A stretch of DNA of 64,000 nucleotides, taken from assembly GCA_963813025.1 (NCBI GenBank), contig CAWEXO010000008.1:224001-288000 (forward strand), read 5' to 3'. The position numbers and the translations under genes are program-made. The DNA comes from an uncultured Verrucomicrobiae bacterium (GTDB lineage Bacteria; Verrucomicrobiota; Verrucomicrobiia; Chthoniobacterales; JAFAMB01). Below the pieces are notes generated by a model. The model saw nothing but the letters and a program-made list of their open reading frames with translations. It was not told where the DNA came from and did no database searches. Positions 20,970-31,323 of the stretch are shown piece after piece. Each line of letters opens with the position of its first letter. Position 1 is the stretch's first letter.

Positions 20970-22280
20970 ATGAGCTCCGGAGGAAGGAAATTAATGTTCT
21001 CTGTAAAACCACGTTTACTCGGGCTGGGAGCACTTGGCCGGCTACTTTCCCGCAATCCGCGAGCGCAACGACAGAGGTCGTTGAACTTGGAGGCGAAACC
21101 GGAGCAGCGGCACCCGCAACCGATGACATTAGAGGAGCCTAAAGGCTCGAAAAAGGGACCTGGAATCTTGTCCGTCGCAATACAACTTTTCGGAGTCGTG
21201 GCCGTCGGTTTGGCGCAACGGTATGCCAAATCCTGGAGCGCTGAGCTGACGGCCCAAATTAAGCGTTCGCGAAACCGATCGGAATTTCAAAGTTCTTCAA
21301 TCAAGGCTGGGTCGAGCGTTGCTTCTGAGTTGCCCGGCCGTTCTGAGGCGACACCGTCGCAACCTCCAGCCGAGAAACGGTATCCAAAGGGTGTCGTGGG
21401 ACTTTTCAAGAATACTGCCCGCGAGTGGATGGAGGATAAGTGTCCTCAGCTGGGCGCCGCCCTCGCCTATTTTACTGTATTTTCCTTAGCACCATTGGTC
21501 TTGGTGCTCTTGGCGGTCTTTGGACTTATCTTTGGCAGCAGCGAACAGGGGCGAGATCAGATTCTTAAACAGCTGCAATATTTCATCGATCCCAACGGGA
21601 TCAAAGTTATCAAAGACATCGCCGCGAACGCCTCGAGGCCACAACAGGGGATCCTGGCAACGACGATTGGCGTAATCATAGGCCTGTTCGGTGCAAGCGG
21701 TGTTTTCGGCCAACTCCAGGATGCATTGAACACGATTTGGGGCCTCAAGCCCAAACCTGGAAGGGGAATCTGGGGCTTTGTGCAGGCGCGCTTCCTGTCC
21801 TTTGCCATGGTAGGCGGGGTCTGCTTCCTGCTCTTGGTGTCTCTGACCGTGGAAAGCATTCTCCGGGGTTTGAACGACTATCTGCAAGCGGCTATGCCGG
21901 GAGGTCATTTTTTGGCAATGGCGCTCTTCCTGATCTTTGATTTCGTCATCATCGTGCTGCTGTTTGCGATAATCTTTCGCTATTTGCCGGACGCGAAGGT
22001 CGCATGGCACGACGTCTGGGTGGGCGCCACTTTAACGGCCGTTCTTTTTGTCGTAGGCAAGTTTGTTCTTGCGCTGTACCTGGGGAGCGGTGCGGCCGGT
22101 TCAGCTTACGGTGCGGCTAGTTCACTGGTTACTCTTCTACTCTGGATTTACTATTCCGCGCTGATCCTTCTTTTCGGTGCCGAATTCACCCAGGTATACG
22201 CGAATACCTACGGCAGCCAGCTCAAACCGAAAAAACATGCAGTGAAGGTCGAAAAGACGGAGCGAGAGATCGCCTCATAG
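20970..22280 (+). CDS. YihY/virulence factor BrkB family membrane protein (start uncertain)
   Basis: GAALAYFTVFSLAPL, QLQDALNTIW, YGAASSLVTLLLWIYYSALILLFGAEF. Confidence 0.9.
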   Translation: MSSGGRKLMFSVKPRLLGLGALGRLLSRNPRAQRQRSLNLEAKPEQRHPQPMTLEEPKGSKKGPGILSVAIQLFGVVAVGLAQRYAKSWSAELTAQIKRSRNRSEFQSSSIKAGSSVASELPGRSEATPSQPPAEKRYPKGVVGLFKNTAREWMEDKCPQLGAALAYFTVFSLAPLVLVLLAVFGLIFGSSEQGRDQILKQLQYFIDPNGIKVIKDIAANASRPQQGILATTIGVIIGLFGASGVFGQLQDALNTIWGLKPKPGRGIWGFVQARFLSFAMVGGVCFLLLVSLTVESILRGLNDYLQAAMPGGHFLAMALFLIFDFVIIVLLFAIIFRYLPDAKVAWHDVWVGATLTAVLFVVGKFVLALYLGSGAAGSAYGAASSLVTLLLWIYYSALILLFGAEFTQVYANTYGSQLKPKKHAVKVEKTEREIAS

Positions 22281-22416
22281 AATCCTCTGCGGGCTGCTCG
22301 CATCAATCGGCGAGCGACGTCGAGAAATTGCGACTTAGTTAACGCGTTGTCCGATTAATTAAGATGGTTGAGCTGGATGCAGACGCAGAAATTCAGAGGG
22401 TTTCAACCGAGTGCCT

Positions 22417-22686
22417 ATGCCAGAAATCCCCGTCTACTTTGACGTAACAATTCAACACGCCGGCGTGCGGCCGGAAAGACTGATCGTCGCCAGGAGTACA
22501 GCCAGCGGTTCAATGGAGCAGACACTCTCGATCGAGGAGGCTGCGCACGTCGCCAGCCAGGTCCTGGGACGAGCAGTCCAATCGGCCGAGGTTGTCCATC
22601 TTGCGACCCGGAAAGCCGACATGCCACTTGAGACTACCGCTGAGATGTTGGGCCCTTTCCTGGTCTGGCACAGTGATGAAGCTTAA
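22417..22686 (+). CDS. Hypothetical protein
   Basis: Small ORF starting MPEIPVYFDVTIQH; motif similarity to 20479..20829. Confidence 0.5.
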   Translation: MPEIPVYFDVTIQHAGVRPERLIVARSTASGSMEQTLSIEEAAHVASQVLGRAVQSAEVVHLATRKADMPLETTAEMLGPFLVWHSDEA

Positions 22687-22885
22687 TTCCCGAAGGAAAG
22701 CGTCCCGCTTCGAGACATCTCGAGCTCGACATCGGGTCCTTGGCACGAATCCCAATTCTTTTCCCTTTCGGGCAGAGCCGCTGGATAGCGCCTGAATCGG
22801 GTAAGCAGCCTTCTAGCCTCTTCGAATCGTTGCGTTAGCCACTACATTGATGCGAAAAGCGGGTTAGAGTTGGTCGTCTCAATCC

Positions 22886-23239
22886 ATGAGCATTTTGATT
22901 TCCGATTTCGCCGGAGTCTCGGTTCCGGTTTATGCGAACCCGGGAAGCTTCGATCCCGAACGCGGCTTGGAAATGTCGTTCCCCGAGCGTTCGCCTTTCT
23001 TCAGTTCTACGAAAGGAGTGAGCAAGATGGCAATCGTGCGCGATGCGCTGGGTCGGTCGGATCGTGTTGCCTTCGCCGGAGATGGACGGCCCGATCTCAG
23101 GCCTGCGCTGCTGGTGCCGCCGCAGTTGCGTTTTGCCCGGCGGTGGCTGGCCGAGGCTTTAGGCGAACGCGGCGAGCGTTTCCATCCTTTTGAGCGCTGG
23201 TCACAGATCGCGGACCAGCTTCAGAAAGCCAAATGCTGA
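22886..23239 (+). pseudogene. MtnX-like HAD-IB phosphatase with apparent internal deletion
   Basis: Starts MSILISDF (start of HAD motif I) but jumps directly to AGVSVPVYANPG...GVSK...FAGDGRPD. The DGT residues and cap region are missing. Confidence 0.65.
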
Positions 23240-24285
23240 TCCCGAGACAAACCGCGATCCCGGCGCTGGTCCGGGTAAAACCGGGAGCTTTAGATCGAAT
23301 AGGCATCTATGCCGAACGCCATGAGTTCATGCGGGTCGTTCTGTTTTTCAGCCAGGATCTGGATCACGGACTGATGGCACGTCTGATCGCTGCATTCCGG
23401 TCCCGAAACATCCAAATCCTGCAACGGACCCCGGTGGAAACCATCAATTTCGAAAACGCGACCGAACTGTTTCGTCAATCTCCACGGAACGCCGACGCAA
23501 TCGTTGGATTCGGCGGCGGCAAAGCACTGGATGTCGCCAAATACATCTCATTTCTCTGCCGGCTTCCCTATCTCTCCGTTCCTACGTCGCTCTCGAACGA
23601 TGGTTTTTGCAGCTCGCAATCCAGTCTCATTTTGGATGAACGCCGCCGCCCGCTCCCATCAGCAATGCCATTCGGCGTGATTCTCGACACGGCCGTGTGC
23701 TTGAACGCTCCAGAAAATCTCTGGCATTCCGGGGTTGGCGATCTCGTTTCGAAATTCACGGCGGTGACTGATTGGAAACTGGCCTTTCACGCAAAGGCAA
23801 CTCCGGTCGACGACTTTGCCGCTTTGCTCTCCGACGCCAGTGTTTATCAATTTCTGGCCCGGCCCAAGCGAGACCTTGAGGGTATGACATTGCTTGGCAC
23901 TGCGTTATTGTTGAACGGCATTTCCATGTCAATCTGCGGTTCGTCACGCCCGGCCAGCGGAAGCGAGCATCTCATTTCGCATGCGCTGGATAGCGTGAGC
24001 AAACGGCCCCGCCTTCATGGCCTTCAGGTCGGCGTAGCCGCTTATTTGATCAGTCTCCTCCAAAATCAGAACTCCAAACGCATCGCGGACCTCTTCGATA
24101 CTACCGGGTTCTGGCGCGCCATCGCGAACGATCCTTTTGATCGTGCCGAATGGCTTGAAGCGGCCCGCGTCGCGCCGTCGATCAAATCGGACTTTTATAC
24201 GGTCTTATCCTCTCGCGACTGCCTGCCGGAAATCGAGAGCGCTCTGCATTCCGACCCGAACTTGCGACGGTGCTTCCGCCAGTGA
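23233..24285 (+). CDS. sn-glycerol-1-phosphate dehydrogenase-like protein (EgsA/AraM family)
   Basis: GFGGGKALDVAKY, PTSLSNDG, GVGDLVSK..AVTDW, SSRPASGSEHLISHALD, LHGLQVG. Confidence 0.85.
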   Translation: MLIPRQTAIPALVRVKPGALDRIGIYAERHEFMRVVLFFSQDLDHGLMARLIAAFRSRNIQILQRTPVETINFENATELFRQSPRNADAIVGFGGGKALDVAKYISFLCRLPYLSVPTSLSNDGFCSSQSSLILDERRRPLPSAMPFGVILDTAVCLNAPENLWHSGVGDLVSKFTAVTDWKLAFHAKATPVDDFAALLSDASVYQFLARPKRDLEGMTLLGTALLLNGISMSICGSSRPASGSEHLISHALDSVSKRPRLHGLQVGVAAYLISLLQNQNSKRIADLFDTTGFWRAIANDPFDRAEWLEAARVAPSIKSDFYTVLSSRDCLPEIESALHSDPNLRRCFRQ

Positions 24286-24312
24286 TCTGTTGCGGCCAGT
24301 CTGTCGACGGAA

Positions 24313-25095
24313 TCAACACAGAACCCGATTCAGAATCTTCTCAACCCGTTGTTCGAGTTTGGCGATGTGCGAGCCGCGCCAGTAGGATTGCCCACATTGT
24401 GGACACTTTTTGAAGTCGTCGTAGTAGAGACGCGTAAGCGGTTCGAGCTGGTCGATCACCGTTTCTTTAGACACGATGGCCAACAAGCCGTTGCAACGCA
24501 AACATCGCACAAAAGGAGCAAGCGCTCGAGCGAGGTCGAAGCGTCCGATGGCTTCCACCGTCTGTTCCATTGGGTCCTGGGAGCGCAGGAAGTACCCTGT
24601 CTTTACGACCCGGTGCATCAGTAAAAGCCGGTCCCGCGTCAGGAGCCCCCGATTCTCTCTCGTCATCGTGGCCAGGAGCTCGCTATCGGTTGCGTCACGG
24701 CTATAACTCACGTCAATCCCGAGCAACCGCAGATCTCGCGTGAGCTTTCCGAGATGACCGTCTGCGACGAAAGCGCGCACATCGCGCGCTTGCAGCCGAA
24801 AATCTGAAGAGCAGCTGGCGAGGATCGGATAGACATCGAGGGCTATGTCCGCTTCCAGATGGAAAGAGAAATCTACCGGTTGACCGTTGAGCGTGATTAG
24901 ATCGACTTCTGGATGCGGCACGCCAAAGGACTCAATCACGTCCTTTACCGATGTCTTGTGGCCCAATACACGTCGGGACGGCTGCAACCTGTCCTTGCTT
25001 TTAAGGAAAAAACCGAGATCACCGTGGAAAGAGACAAGAACGGAATATTTTTTCGCGGCGCTGCTATCGGAATTGATCGATCGCTCCATGGGCAT
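24313..25095 (-). CDS. Mut7-C RNase (PIN-like) protein with N-terminal ubiquitin-like domain and Zn ribbon
   Basis: SVKDVIESFGVPHPEV, FVADGHLGKL..LRLLGID, LLTRD, RCLRCNG, CPQCGQSYWRGSH. Confidence 0.9.
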   Translation of the reverse strand: MPMERSINSDSSAAKKYSVLVSFHGDLGFFLKSKDRLQPSRRVLGHKTSVKDVIESFGVPHPEVDLITLNGQPVDFSFHLEADIALDVYPILASCSSDFRLQARDVRAFVADGHLGKLTRDLRLLGIDVSYSRDATDSELLATMTRENRGLLTRDRLLLMHRVVKTGYFLRSQDPMEQTVEAIGRFDLARALAPFVRCLRCNGLLAIVSKETVIDQLEPLTRLYYDDFKKCPQCGQSYWRGSHIAKLEQRVEKILNRVLC

Positions 25096-25178
25096 TGGCC
25101 AAGATCCTACAACCTCTCCTTGCGATGTGCAGAAAACTAGCAAGTCGTGGTCAATCGTCGCTTTCTCGATGTTCAGGG

Positions 25179-25739
25179 CTAATCACTTTCGTAGAGAACC
25201 GTGACTTCCTTTCCGCCGATCTCCTCCAGGAATTGAGCGGTTTCCGCTTCGGTAAACTGAGGATCGCCCGATTCGATAACGAGAAAAAACGCGTTATCAC
25301 TCACCCGACTGAAAGGCGTGTAATCGAACAGCGGATGATGCAGCCGGGGAAGCCGATTCATAACGAAGACGCCGAAAAAGGCGGTGAACGCGGCAAACAA
25401 AATGGTCAGCTCAAACATGATCGGGAAAAAGGCTGGAACGGTAAAAAAGTCTACCGGTTTGCCATGTACGATGAGCGGGTAAAGGAAGGAGGTGGGAATA
25501 TACTCCAGCAAAACCGCGGTCAAAAAACCGGTGAAACCGCCCCAGAAGATGATGTAGCCAAGCGGGGACTTCTTTAGACCCATGGCCTGGCTCATTCCAT
25601 GAATCGGGAATGGCGAATGCACATCCCAAAAACGGTAGCCCTGGTCCCGGACTCGTTCCGCGGAATGGTAAAGTTCCGCCGCGGACCCAAACTCCGCAAT
25701 CACGGCAAAGGTCCTTTTCTGGAGAGCCGCCGCGCTCAT
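25179..25739 (-). CDS. actD: Alternative complex III subunit ActD (DUF3341)
   Basis: [40 protein letters not shown]; overlaps the stop of actC. Confidence 0.85.
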   Translation of the reverse strand: MSAAALQKRTFAVIAEFGSAAELYHSAERVRDQGYRFWDVHSPFPIHGMSQAMGLKKSPLGYIIFWGGFTGFLTAVLLEYIPTSFLYPLIVHGKPVDFFTVPAFFPIMFELTILFAAFTAFFGVFVMNRLPRLHHPLFDYTPFSRVSDNAFFLVIESGDPQFTEAETAQFLEEIGGKEVTVLYESD

Positions 25740-27166
25740 GGATGGACCTCCTGCACTGGAGCGAGTCCCACCGGCGGCCGCAGTCGATAGTGCGGATTAG
25801 CCTCTGGAAGCACACTTTTCACCTCCGACATGGCCACCATTGGCAAAAACCGAATAAAGATCAGAAACAGCGTCAGAAAAATGCCAAAGGTTCCAACGAA
25901 GGTGAAGATATCGACCCAAGTTGGAAAGTACATGCCCCAGCTCGAAGGCAAAAAGTCGCGATGCAAAGACATGGCAATGATCGCGAAGCGCTCAAACCAC
26001 ATCCCGGCGGTGACGCACAGGCACACAAAATAAACGACCCAGCCATTCCTCCGAAAGGCGCGTACCCAGAAGAGCTGCGGGATAATGACGTTGCAGGTAA
26101 ACATCGACCAGCCAACCCACCAGTACGGTCCAAAATAGCGGTTCAGAAAGATAAATCGCTCAAACGGATTTGCTCCGTAATACGCGACAAAAAATTCCAT
26201 GCAATAGGAGTAACCGACGATCGATCCGGTCAGCAGAATGATCTTACACATCACGTCGATGTGGTTCCACGTGATGACATCGTGCAGTCGATAGAGCGCA
26301 CGCGCCGGAATCATCAGGGCCAGGACCATGGCGAACCCGCCGAAGATCGCACCGGCCACAAAATAGGGCGGGAAGATCGTCGTGTGCCAACCGGGAATCA
26401 AGGAGGTCGCAAAATCGAACGACACGGTCGAGTGCACGGACAAGACCAACGGCGTCGATATTCCGGCGAGCACCAGATAGGACATCTCATAGTGGCGCCA
26501 TTGACGCTGTCCACCGCGCCACCCCAACGCGAGCAAACCGTAAGAGAACTTCGCGACTCGGCTCCGTGCCCGATCGCGCAGGGTTGCGAGATCCGGCACT
26601 AAACCGAGATACCAGAACAAAACCGAAACGGTGAAATAGGTCGAAACGGCAAAGACATCCCAGAGCAGCGGGCTGCGAAAATTGGGCCAGATCCAGTTCG
26701 GGACTGGGACCGGTGCCAGGAACCAGACCATCCAGATCCGTCCCACGTGGATTCCCGGGTAAATAGCGGCGCAGATCACGGCAAATAAAGTCATCGCCTC
26801 GGATGAACGATTGATGGCGGTTCGCCATTTTTGCCGGCAGAGGAAAAGAATAGCGGAGATCAGCGTGCCGGCGTGACCGATACCGATCCAGAAAACGAAG
26901 TTCGTGATGCCCCAGGCCCAGCCGACCGGAATATTGTTTCCCCAGACTCCCACTCCCGTCCAAAGCAGGTAGACAATACAGAAGATGCCAAATGCCGCTA
27001 ACGAACCGGTGATGGCAATCGCGCACCACCACCACCGCGGCGCCCGGTTCTCCGGAATCCCGGAGAGGAGAGTCGTGATCCCATGCATGGATCGATTGCC
27101 CTCGACCAGCGGTGGTCTTGGCATCCGCTCCATGGCCGGCGTCGTCGTGGCTTGGGGTTCAGCCAT
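25736..27166 (-). CDS. actC: Alternative complex III subunit ActC (NrfD/PsrC family)
   Basis: [66 protein letters not shown]. Confidence 0.92.
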   Translation of the reverse strand: MAEPQATTTPAMERMPRPPLVEGNRSMHGITTLLSGIPENRAPRWWWCAIAITGSLAAFGIFCIVYLLWTGVGVWGNNIPVGWAWGITNFVFWIGIGHAGTLISAILFLCRQKWRTAINRSSEAMTLFAVICAAIYPGIHVGRIWMVWFLAPVPVPNWIWPNFRSPLLWDVFAVSTYFTVSVLFWYLGLVPDLATLRDRARSRVAKFSYGLLALGWRGGQRQWRHYEMSYLVLAGISTPLVLSVHSTVSFDFATSLIPGWHTTIFPPYFVAGAIFGGFAMVLALMIPARALYRLHDVITWNHIDVMCKIILLTGSIVGYSYCMEFFVAYYGANPFERFIFLNRYFGPYWWVGWSMFTCNVIIPQLFWVRAFRRNGWVVYFVCLCVTAGMWFERFAIIAMSLHRDFLPSSWGMYFPTWVDIFTFVGTFGIFLTLFLIFIRFLPMVAMSEVKSVLPEANPHYRLRPPVGLAPVQEVHP

Positions 27167-27329
27167 TGGTCACCTCTTCCGCAGGGCACCGCAACTACTG
27201 CGTAACTCATATCGCTGTACGACATATTTTGCAAACGCCAGATTTTATCGTCCTACGACATTCTGAAGACCGCCCGGTTTAGCAACCCGGACGACCGTCC
27301 GCATGGAGCGTGACGCACTGTCCTATGTC

Positions 27330-27452
27330 GGTAGGGCGAAAATTCATTCGAGCTTTAGCGAGAACTTGTTTGAGCCGGACAGGGGAGTGGGCAACGCTCC
27401 GGACGGCTCAAACAAGTTCTCGCCTGGCGCTCGAATGAATTTTCGCCCTACC
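27330..27452. repeat. GTAG-type REP/REPIN-like long palindrome, copy 1
   Basis: Arms GGTAGGGCGAAAATTCATTCGAGC...GCGAGAACTTGTTTGAGCCG / CGGCTCAAACAAGTTCTCGC...GCTCGAATGAATTTTCGCCCTACC. Confidence 0.85.
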
Positions 27453-27645
27453 AAATACGGCGCCGTACGTCTTAGGTAACGCGAGGGCCCGTCCGCATCA
27501 GGAAATCCGTCGGCAGGTGGTGGCAAAGTCCGACACGCCCGACCTCGTCCGGGTCGGACCTTGGTTTGTTGTCCCGGAAGGACATGAGGCGTAATTCGAA
27601 GTCGCTCGACGTGCTGCTCGCACGTCGTTAAATTCGTCTCTCACA

Positions 27646-28842
27646 ATGAACCGGTTTCTCCTGGCCTTGCTGACCGTGCTTCTCGGCGCGACCCGCCTGT
27701 TCGCCTGGACCAGCGGCGAGCTTTTGCTCTGGATGGACAGTGATCGAGGCCGGGCTCTGGAACCGATCGCCCGAAAATTTGAAAGCGATCTCGGGATCAA
27801 AGTCACGATTGGCACACCGCAAAATATCACCACGAGCTTCCCGCTTGCCGCTCAAGCCGGAAAAGGTCCTGACATCGTGATATGGGCTCACGACAAGACT
27901 GGAGAATGGGCGGATAGCGGGCTGATCGCGCCGGTCGACGTCTCTAACGAGTTTGCCAGCAAATTAATACCGAAAGCCTGGGACGCCGTTCGTCGCCGGA
28001 ATCTCTTTTGGGGATATCCCGTCGCTCTGGAGACCGTCACTTTAATTTATAACAAGAAGCTGCTGGCCGGTCCTCCGCCGCGCACGCTGTCCGACGTGAT
28101 ACCGATTGACCAAGAGATCAAACGAAATCGTCCAGGGGTAATGACGATTCTCTGGGATTACACTAGTCCCTATTACTCGTGGGGCATTTTGGCGAGCGAC
28201 GGCGGTTACGTCTTTGCGCGCAACGGCCAAGGCGCAGACTACGACGTGACCAGGGTAGGCGTCGCGAATCCCGGTGCTGTCGCGGGGCTGTCAAAAATCA
28301 TTGAGTTAATTCGTGAGGGGATCCTACCGGCGAGCGTCTCGTACAGTCAGACAGAAGAACTCATGGGCCAAGGCAAGCTGGCCATGACGATCTCGGGTCC
28401 CTGGGCCTGGTCAAACCTGGTTCGGAGCGGAATCGATTTCGGGCTGGCGCCGATGCCGGGAGTCAATGGCAGACTCGGGCGTCCGTTCGTTGGGGTAACG
28501 GTGGCCTACGTGAATCGATCGACTCCGAATAGGGATTTAGCCAAGCATTTCCTGGAGTATTATCTCCTGACGGACGCGGCGCTCGCCGACATGGATGCCG
28601 TAAAGCCGATTGGTGTTCCAGCGCTGATCTCGTTCTACCAGAAGCTGCAGCAAAGAAACTCTCTAGTGCGTGCATTGAAGGTCGCGGTGGATCACGGAGA
28701 GGTGATGCCAAACATCCCACAGATGGGCCGGTTCTTCACCTTCGTAGGACCGGCCCTGCAGATTGCCACACAAGGTCGCGCGTCTCCCCAGAAAGCGTTG
28801 CGCGAAGCGGCTGCTGGCATGCGATCCGGGGCGCGGAATTAA
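27646..28842 (+). CDS. malE: Maltose/maltodextrin-binding protein
   Basis: GKGPDIVIWAHD, LIYNKKL, AMTISGPWAWSNL, RPFVGV, GEVMPNIPQMGRF. Confidence 0.85.
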   Translation: MNRFLLALLTVLLGATRLFAWTSGELLLWMDSDRGRALEPIARKFESDLGIKVTIGTPQNITTSFPLAAQAGKGPDIVIWAHDKTGEWADSGLIAPVDVSNEFASKLIPKAWDAVRRRNLFWGYPVALETVTLIYNKKLLAGPPPRTLSDVIPIDQEIKRNRPGVMTILWDYTSPYYSWGILASDGGYVFARNGQGADYDVTRVGVANPGAVAGLSKIIELIREGILPASVSYSQTEELMGQGKLAMTISGPWAWSNLVRSGIDFGLAPMPGVNGRLGRPFVGVTVAYVNRSTPNRDLAKHFLEYYLLTDAALADMDAVKPIGVPALISFYQKLQQRNSLVRALKVAVDHGEVMPNIPQMGRFFTFVGPALQIATQGRASPQKALREAAAGMRSGARN

Positions 28843-28952
28843 TCGGCATTACCGCCGTGGGCATGTAACACCGAGCCCGCGGTGCAGTTCTATATTTGAT
28901 TGGGGAAACAATTGACCTTCGAAAAAATACCGTGAAGAATATTGATCTTTCT

Positions 28953-30047
28953 ATGAAAAAACTACGTCGTTCCTCCCCATCGGCTCCAGACGTTACGGGA
29001 GTCTCCCGGCGCGAAGCCCTTCGTCGTGCCGCTCGTGCCGGTGCCCTAGTTTCGCTCTCGCCCTTGGCCGGGTTTGCCGTTTCGAGTGCCGAAGCAGCTG
29101 ACGAAGCTCTCGGCAAGTTCCCCAAGCATCCGAAGTGGAAGTTCGTCTTCGTTAATCACGTCACCACCAACCCATTCTTCGTTCCTACCAGGTACGGGGC
29201 GGAAGACGCTTGCGCGCTTTTGGGTTGTACTTACCAGTGGACCGGATCGGAGAAATCGATTGCAACCGATATGGTCAACGCACTGAACACCGCGGTGTCC
29301 GCAAAGGCCGACGGGATTGCGGTGTGCCTGGTTGATCTAAACGCGTTCAACGAACCGGTCGAAAAGGCCTTGGCGGCCGGTGTGCCGGTCGTCTCCTATA
29401 ATGCAGATGCTAAAGGGAACAAACGCCTTTGCTATATCGGCCAGGATCTTTTCCTTTCCGGGAAAGCCCTCGGCGAGCGAATTGTTGCCCAGGTTGGCGA
29501 AGGCGACGTCGTCGGTTTTATCGCTACGCCGGGCCAGCTAAATATCCAGCCGCGTTTGGATGGCGCCAAAGAAGCAATCAAAGAATCAGGCAAGAAGATC
29601 AACCTGAGCGAGATCGCCACCGGGCCAACGGTCAATGAAGAACAGTCGGCAATTCAGGCCTTTTTTTCCGGGCATCCGGACATCAAGGGGATGTTTGCCG
29701 TGGACGCCGGAAGCACACAAGGTGTAGCCAAGACGATGGCCGCGAATAAGCTGCGGGAGAAGGGCGTGCACGCAGGGGGGTTCGATCTTCTCCCCGTGAC
29801 GCTGGAAGCGATCTCGCAAGGCAACCTTGATTTCACGATCGATCAGCAACCCTATCTGCAGGGCTTCTATACCGTGATGGTACTCTTTCTGTACAAGCTC
29901 TCTGGTGGGTTGGCCGGCCCGGCAGACATCAACACAGGTTTGAAGTTTGTTACGAAGGAGAGCGTTGGTCCCTACCTGACTACCCAGAGCCGCTTCCAGG
30001 GCAGCTCGGCGGACGAAAAGGCGTTGCAGCGGTCCGGCCCAATTTAA
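28953..30047 (+). CDS. Tat-exported monosaccharide ABC substrate-binding protein
   Basis: SRREAL twin-arginine signal; NHVTTNPFFVP, TIDQQPYLQGF. Confidence 0.85.
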   Translation: MKKLRRSSPSAPDVTGVSRREALRRAARAGALVSLSPLAGFAVSSAEAADEALGKFPKHPKWKFVFVNHVTTNPFFVPTRYGAEDACALLGCTYQWTGSEKSIATDMVNALNTAVSAKADGIAVCLVDLNAFNEPVEKALAAGVPVVSYNADAKGNKRLCYIGQDLFLSGKALGERIVAQVGEGDVVGFIATPGQLNIQPRLDGAKEAIKESGKKINLSEIATGPTVNEEQSAIQAFFSGHPDIKGMFAVDAGSTQGVAKTMAANKLREKGVHAGGFDLLPVTLEAISQGNLDFTIDQQPYLQGFYTVMVLFLYKLSGGLAGPADINTGLKFVTKESVGPYLTTQSRFQGSSADEKALQRSGPI

Positions 30048-30192
30048 CCAAGCGGAGGGATGTAGCTGCAGAGGGAATAATATTCTCGTCCTTGGGTTTG
30101 CGTTAAGAGGGCCGTCTGAAATCAGCCGGCCCTCCTACTTCGTTGAGGCTGTGGCGCACTCCAAAACCTCTCGCAGCGTCGCCTTTGCTTTG

Positions 30193-30301
30193 TTCCGGTA
30201 GGGCGAAAACTTGTTTGAGCCGTCTTCGTCGCGACAACCTCCCAAGGTCCGGCTCAAACGAGTTCTCGCTAGAGCTCGAATAAATTCTCGCCCTACCGGA
30301 A
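30193..30301. repeat. GTAG-type REP/REPIN-like palindrome, copy 2 (left arm shortened)
   Basis: TTCCGGTAGGGCGAAAACTTGTTTGAGCCG...CGGCTCAAACGAGTTCTCGCTAGAGCTCGAATAAATTCTCGCCCTACCGGAA, homologous to 27330-27452. Confidence 0.8.
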
Positions 30302-30419
30302 ACAGCCCCAAAGACGCGCTGAAGGACATCTTCAAAATGTCATCTACCTATCGTTTCGCGTCGAAGCGCCACAGGTTTCCAAACTCCGACAGGAACGGAA
30401 ATGGACGTTGGAATGAGGT

Positions 30420-31187
30420 CTACCGAAGTCTCTTCAGCACCTCTTTCCCTTCACGCTTCGTCTCGGGATCGTCCTTCTCCGTATCCTGCATGGCGAGCCC
30501 CTTGTTAATGAGAGACCGCGCCTTATCGACTTCCCCCATCCGCGCGTAGACTCGTCCCAACTCAATATAGTGCATCAGACGGTTCGGATTCAGTTCGATC
30601 GCCTTCTCGAAACAGGTAGCCGCCTCCTCGTAAGTGCAATCCGGCAGCTTGCCATAAGTGACTTGCGCCATCATTCGGTGGACCGGGTCGACTTCGGCAA
30701 CGCCCCTGTACCATCGACCCAGCACGTGCCAGCCCAAATCATTGCGCGGGTCGAGCTGGACCACTTTGTCAGCTGCGTCCTTGATGATATGCACCGCTTC
30801 GAATCTTTGGCGGCTCGCCTCAAAGGGCTGCACTTTTCCATAGCTAATTGCTACGGCAAGCTGGGCCTCTGGATCTTTCGGCGCGAGAACGACGGCACGC
30901 TTCGCATAATCCACTGCGATACCCCCGAGTTTAAGCTTCTCCGCCGGATTAGTGGCATCGCTCATCAAATGCCGGTATTCACGCGAGATATGCACCAGCA
31001 GGCGCACGTTGTTCGGCTCAAGCTTCTCCGCTGGGAGATAAAATTTTAGCGCCTGGGCCGCCTGCAATTTCGCATAATAGAAGTCTCCGTTCTGGATCAA
31101 CTCATCTGCCGACTGCGCCCGTAGCGTCGCACTTGTCAAAAGCAGTGCCGCAAGCAAGGGAAACGCTCGGGAGGAAACGGAATTCAT
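30420..31187 (-). CDS. Secreted tetratricopeptide-repeat protein
   Basis: Signal peptide (FPLLAALLLTSATLRA-Q); TPR motifs AVVLAPKDPEA, FEKAIELNPN, ELGRVYARMG. Confidence 0.8.
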   Translation of the reverse strand: MNSVSSRAFPLLAALLLTSATLRAQSADELIQNGDFYYAKLQAAQALKFYLPAEKLEPNNVRLLVHISREYRHLMSDATNPAEKLKLGGIAVDYAKRAVVLAPKDPEAQLAVAISYGKVQPFEASRQRFEAVHIIKDAADKVVQLDPRNDLGWHVLGRWYRGVAEVDPVHRMMAQVTYGKLPDCTYEEAATCFEKAIELNPNRLMHYIELGRVYARMGEVDKARSLINKGLAMQDTEKDDPETKREGKEVLKRLR

Positions 31188-31323
31188 GGCTGTACAAACC
31201 GAAGGCACAAAGCATAGCGCTGTGACCGCTCGTGGCTCCCATATTAGCGCGGAGTTTCCGATCGGCAACTCGAAATCGGCAGGTCTATTCCGTCCATTTC
31301 GCACCGATCGTGCGGACGTAGGC

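Noticed and set aside
24313..25095. Toxin-antitoxin or ubiquitin-like defence system around Mut7-C
   Set aside because: No antitoxin, E1/E2 or JAB gene is adjacent; this fusion commonly occurs alone.
25610..26602. Long opposite-strand or alternate-frame ORFs (e.g. 25610..26602, 9619..10401, 35440..36372)
   Set aside because: They are shadow ORFs overlapping well-supported genes in GC-rich DNA and carry no domain motifs.
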